Part shown: one piece after another, positions 60,180 to 64,000 of the stretch
Position numbering within the stretch: position 1 is the stretch's first letter
Layout of the letters: every line of letters starts with the position of its first letter
Source: Macrostomum hystrix
Taxonomy: Eukaryota > Animalia > Platyhelminthes
Direction of reading: 5' to 3'
DNA length: 64,000 bases
Assembly: GCA_950097015.1 (NCBI GenBank)
Contig: CATNEN010000037.1
Coordinates: 3,472,001-3,536,000, forward strand
Notes under the pieces: generated by a model
What the model was told of the DNA's origin: nothing
The model's database searches: none
The model's input: the letters and a program-made list of their open reading frames with translations, nothing else
Program-made: the position numbers and the translations under genes

Positions 60180-60730
60180 TGTCGACCAAGTCTCCCACAT
60201 CTATCAACCCCAGTCTCCATACTGTCTACCTCAGTCTCCCACATATATCAACCCGTCTCCCACATACGAGCTATATCAACCCCAGTCTCCCACATCTGTC
60301 AACCCCAGTCTCCCATATCTGTCAACCCCAGTCTCCCACATCTATCAACCCCAGTCTCCCATATCTGTCAACCCCAGTCTCCCATATCTGTCAACCCCAG
60401 TCTCCCATATCTGTCAACCTCAGTCGCCCACATCTATCAACCCCAGTCTCCCATATCTGTCAACCCCAGTCTCCCATATCTGTCAACCCCAGTCTCCCAT
60501 ATCTGTCAACCCCAGTCTCCCATATCTGTCAACCCCAGTCTCCCATATCTGTCAACCCCAGTCTCCCATATCTGTCAACCCCAGTCTCCCATATCTGTCA
60601 ACCCCAGTCTCCCATATCTGTCAACCCCAGTCTCCCATATCTGTCAACCCCAGTCTCCCATATCTGTCAACCCCAGTCTCCCATATCTGTCAACCCCAGT
60701 CTCCCATAACTGTCAACCCCAGTCTCCCAC
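60180..60730. repeat. 23-bp minisatellite (CCCCAGTCTCCCATATCTGTCAA)
   Basis: Tandem units. Confidence 0.95.
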
Positions 60731-62334
60731 ATTATCTACCAAAATCAACCCCCACTTTCTTATGCCTAACTCCCAGCTCTACATTTTCTCCTAATGTCTC
60801 TTTTCAGCAAGACCGAAACCCAGTTTCTCTTCTCGTACTTTATTTATTTCGCTTTCGTCATGAAACTGTAATCCAGTTTTTGCAAATAATTTTAAAGTTT
60901 TAGCAGCACTAGTAGACTATGAGCAATAGTTTACCCAGCTTTTCGAGGCAGAAGCAAGGCAATTTGGGTGTGCAAACAGCCGCAATCAAGTTGATTGACG
61001 CATGACTCAACACGCCCAAATTACCAGCCTCTAATGCGGTTTCGCAATCGCCATTAATTAACGCCTGTTCGGCGGCCCTCTTTCACTCTGGCTCATTCTC
61101 ATTCGTCTACAGGAATGTGAAAATCAGAGCATAACAATATTTCTGTTTTTTTAAACTACAATTTTGAATTTCTCGCCTTCTCACCCCAAGCCACTCTATC
61201 CATTGCCCACTGAACCATTTGAGAAGTCGTAGCTGCCATTCTAATGCTTGCTTGTACATGTGACGGTTAATTAAACAGACAGAAGGACTCCAGGCAGCAG
61301 CGGTCATACTCTAGATGGCATAGCTCGATCCAAGGAGACTGGGAACAGGCTCAACTGGTCAGTTCCTGCGAGCTGATTAAGCTGGGAGGGACAGGAAAAA
61401 ATTCCTGAGAAGAAAAGTCACGCGAGTGAAAGTTCAAATTTTGAGAATCAGCAGCAGCAGCAGCAGCAGCAAGGACTCAAGCATTTTAAGTAAGCAAGTA
61501 TTCTAGACTTAACCTAATTTAGCAACAACTGTCTGAAAGTTGTCAGGTGTATTGCTATTCAATTCCATCGTAAAGCTATTTTTGTTAATTCCATTGAATG
61601 CGTGATGAATCAGTCTTCAAGATGATGATGATGCAATAAGGCTAGCAATTCTCTCGGGTTAAATCCGGTTTTAAAACAACCCGCATTCACCATTTAGAAT
61701 CATAGTCATTGTAACTAATTAATTAAAGCCTTCTTTTAACCGCTAAAAAACCACCGCTATACCTTTTGATAAGTGCTTTAGCGGTAAATTGGCCCAGTTT
61801 TGAAGTGGGATTACTAGCCGGTTAGGGATGGCTTTTTGTGGGCTTCATCAACACCGACCGTCTCTTTGAGGATCAGAGACGCAGCGAAACGATGAACCAT
61901 ATTACGCGCGTCTTCTGCCTGCAAAAGAATTTGTCAATTCTTATGAATGCTTTTTCGACCCACCCCCCCCCCTAATACGATTTAGGCGCTTTGGCAATTT
62001 AATTCCCAACTTGTCAATCACTTTCTGTAGGGAGAAGGCGAGGTTTCGCGCGTGTCAGTCACTCGGGTCAAGGGCGGGTTGGTTGAGGCAGGGTGAAAAA
62101 GGGAAGTGATTGAAAATCTAACAAATGCTAACGCCTGAAAGTTTTGTTAAAAATCGACCATTTTTACGAGCCTAGACCTGAGCCTGAAAGCTGAAGCACT
62201 CTGCAAGCTCGGGTTATCTTATTCTTAAATACCGACTATGCCAGAAAGGTTTGCACTCAAGTAGGAAGGTTGTCATTTCAAAAAGACGAAGGTGATAGTT
62301 TAAAATAACTTTTTAACTAATGATTTGATAATAT

Positions 62335-62676
62335 ATTACACCTGGCCCAGTTAAGCCAGATGTGCAGCCGACAGCACAGCCGCAACTATTGCGCGGCGCA
62401 TCTGAAGGCTGCGTACAGGAAGCTGTCAACACCTACCCTGAATTACCCCAGCTGATGCGGGTACCCAGTTAACCAAACCCTACTCTACCCCAGTGGGAGG
62501 GGCTGGTCAAACTGTCAAAATTGTCACACTGTCAAATAGCAATCAGCTGGGTAAACTGAAGCTAGGCTAATTTTAAGCGTATTGCTAAAGGACACAAACA
62601 GTTTCAGTGGAAAATGGGCATCGAACCCCAGACCTTTCAAGTCATGATTCCGACGCTCTGCAACCATTTTCAACTG
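62335..62676 (-). mobile_element. tRNA-derived SINE-like element, family 1, diverged copy with an internal insertion of roughly 70 bp
   Basis: Near-identical 3' block to 35590-35650; ATCGAACCCC B-box complement; AAGGACACAAA core match. Confidence 0.72.
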
Positions 62677-64000
62677 AAAAGGTAGTTTGTCTGCTCTGCT
62701 ATTTGAAATGTCGTCCATTTACCAGAGTGTCGGCTCAGAGTGAGCCCTGAAGCCAAAAGTTGTAGGCTGGAATTATACCAGCTCAATAAATCCATTAAAA
62801 AGTAAATGCTGCTACTTCACTTAATGTATTTTATTAGGGGTGGAGGGTAAATCTGACAGTGAGCACGTGTGCTCACGACTTGGCCATAGCAACTAATGTA
62901 AAACACAGCAGGTTTTCAATGCTTTCATTCGCATTTGAAGACAATATGAATTATAGCGATAGACACTGCGGCACGCAAACTCAAACTTAAGTCTTCTAAC
63001 AAGTAATTTTCGCTGTCTCTTCAGTTGTCGCCTCGCCTACCCTAATGAAATCTACGCGTCAGATAATAACAATTAAATTTTACTGCCTCGACTCCTTCGC
63101 TGTGTTTTTTCTTGCTCAATTTTTATTTCACGCGCGCATCACACAGAAGGCCGCTGGGTCGGCCTTGTGTTCTCACAAAAGCTAGCGATGCTGTTGTAAT
63201 GCTGTTGAGCAATGACTGTTAAGCAATGTCAAAGACATCGATGCCTTTGCTAGAGTGAGCTAACACAAGAAGCAGTAAAATCATATTTCTGGCGTGTTAT
63301 TCTGGGCCAGTGCAACTCATTTTTTTTTACTTTTTTTCTTGCTCTATAAGAAATGTCTTCTCTTGCACTCCAGTCTGTTTAGAGTCTATCTACTCAACAC
63401 TCTTTAAAGTGTCAGTCTCACTTGAACAGATCCTGGAAGAGATTTCTTTCGTTTCCAGGTGTTAACGAAAAGCCATTGCTGCTGCTGTTTCAAGCTTGAA
63501 GCGGTTTTTGAAATACGAGGAGGTTGGAAATATTTTTCTTATTCCAGGAAACGCAAATTTAAAATGCACAATTTCTGCAGGTATTATCTCGTGACAGTTT
63601 TTGTGAGCCAAAAAATAGTTTATGGTTCAAATTATGGCCCAGAAAACGGATGGAAGCAAAAAGCAAAGAAAAACAGCAGCTTCTGTGGCAATGTCTGCCT
63701 GGTGCAACACTCAGGCCACAATTTACATAAAGTCTAATTTCTGGTATAGCTGCTTTTCTAAGCAAATCAGCATTTTAACCAGTACCAGGGCCTACCTCAC
63801 CTTAAGAATCCCAAGAGGGAGGGGCAAAAACCTCGGGCTGTGGGTTAGGGGATGTGGAATCTAGGATCTAGGAAAGGGGAAAGAGGATATAGCAGGAACA
63901 GCCTTAGTGGAAGGAATGCAGGAGTGACGCAACTGACAGGCCAGCAGACATTTTTTAAAGATGATAAAAAACTAAATGCGCGCTCGACCAGGTGTTCAGG

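Noticed and set aside
54224-64000. Gene A signal-peptide and Ig1 exons
   Set aside because: No Ig C-W-YxC pattern or signal-like exon found. The equivalent Gene B intron is 15 kb, so they probably lie beyond 64000.

Overview
Eukaryotic (metazoan) genomic DNA: short GC-rich exons sit in AT-rich introns packed with about 35 different mini- and microsatellite arrays. The style resembles the flatworm Macrostomum, but that is inference only. I could reconstruct two head-to-tail, minus-strand paralogous genes for echinoid/nephrin-type immunoglobulin-superfamily adhesion receptors by hand, with consistent GT-AG sites and phases. Gene A (54223->46248, 9 exons, ~974 aa visible) has Ig2-Ig7, FN3, a Cys-rich FN3-like domain, a transmembrane helix and a cytoplasmic tail ending ...RKVIYEVVV*. 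Its signal-peptide and Ig1 exons were not found and probably lie beyond 64000. Gene B (33278->6602, 9 exons, 924 aa visible) has a signal peptide, 7 Ig, FN3 and the FN3-like domain; its TM and tail exons were not found and probably lie before position 1. There are also two tRNA-derived SINE-like families (3 + 2 copies). All long ORFs in the supplied track that overlap tandem arrays are artefacts. The most interesting signals are: three paralogue-specific, minisatellite-filled introns at G|GT sites; several independent minisatellites built on a TTC-NNN-GAA (STAT/GAS-type) palindrome; complementary minisatellite pairs that could fold the pre-mRNA, one pair flanking two frame-symmetric exons; and a two-acceptor switch that adds or removes an ITIM/PDZ C-terminus.
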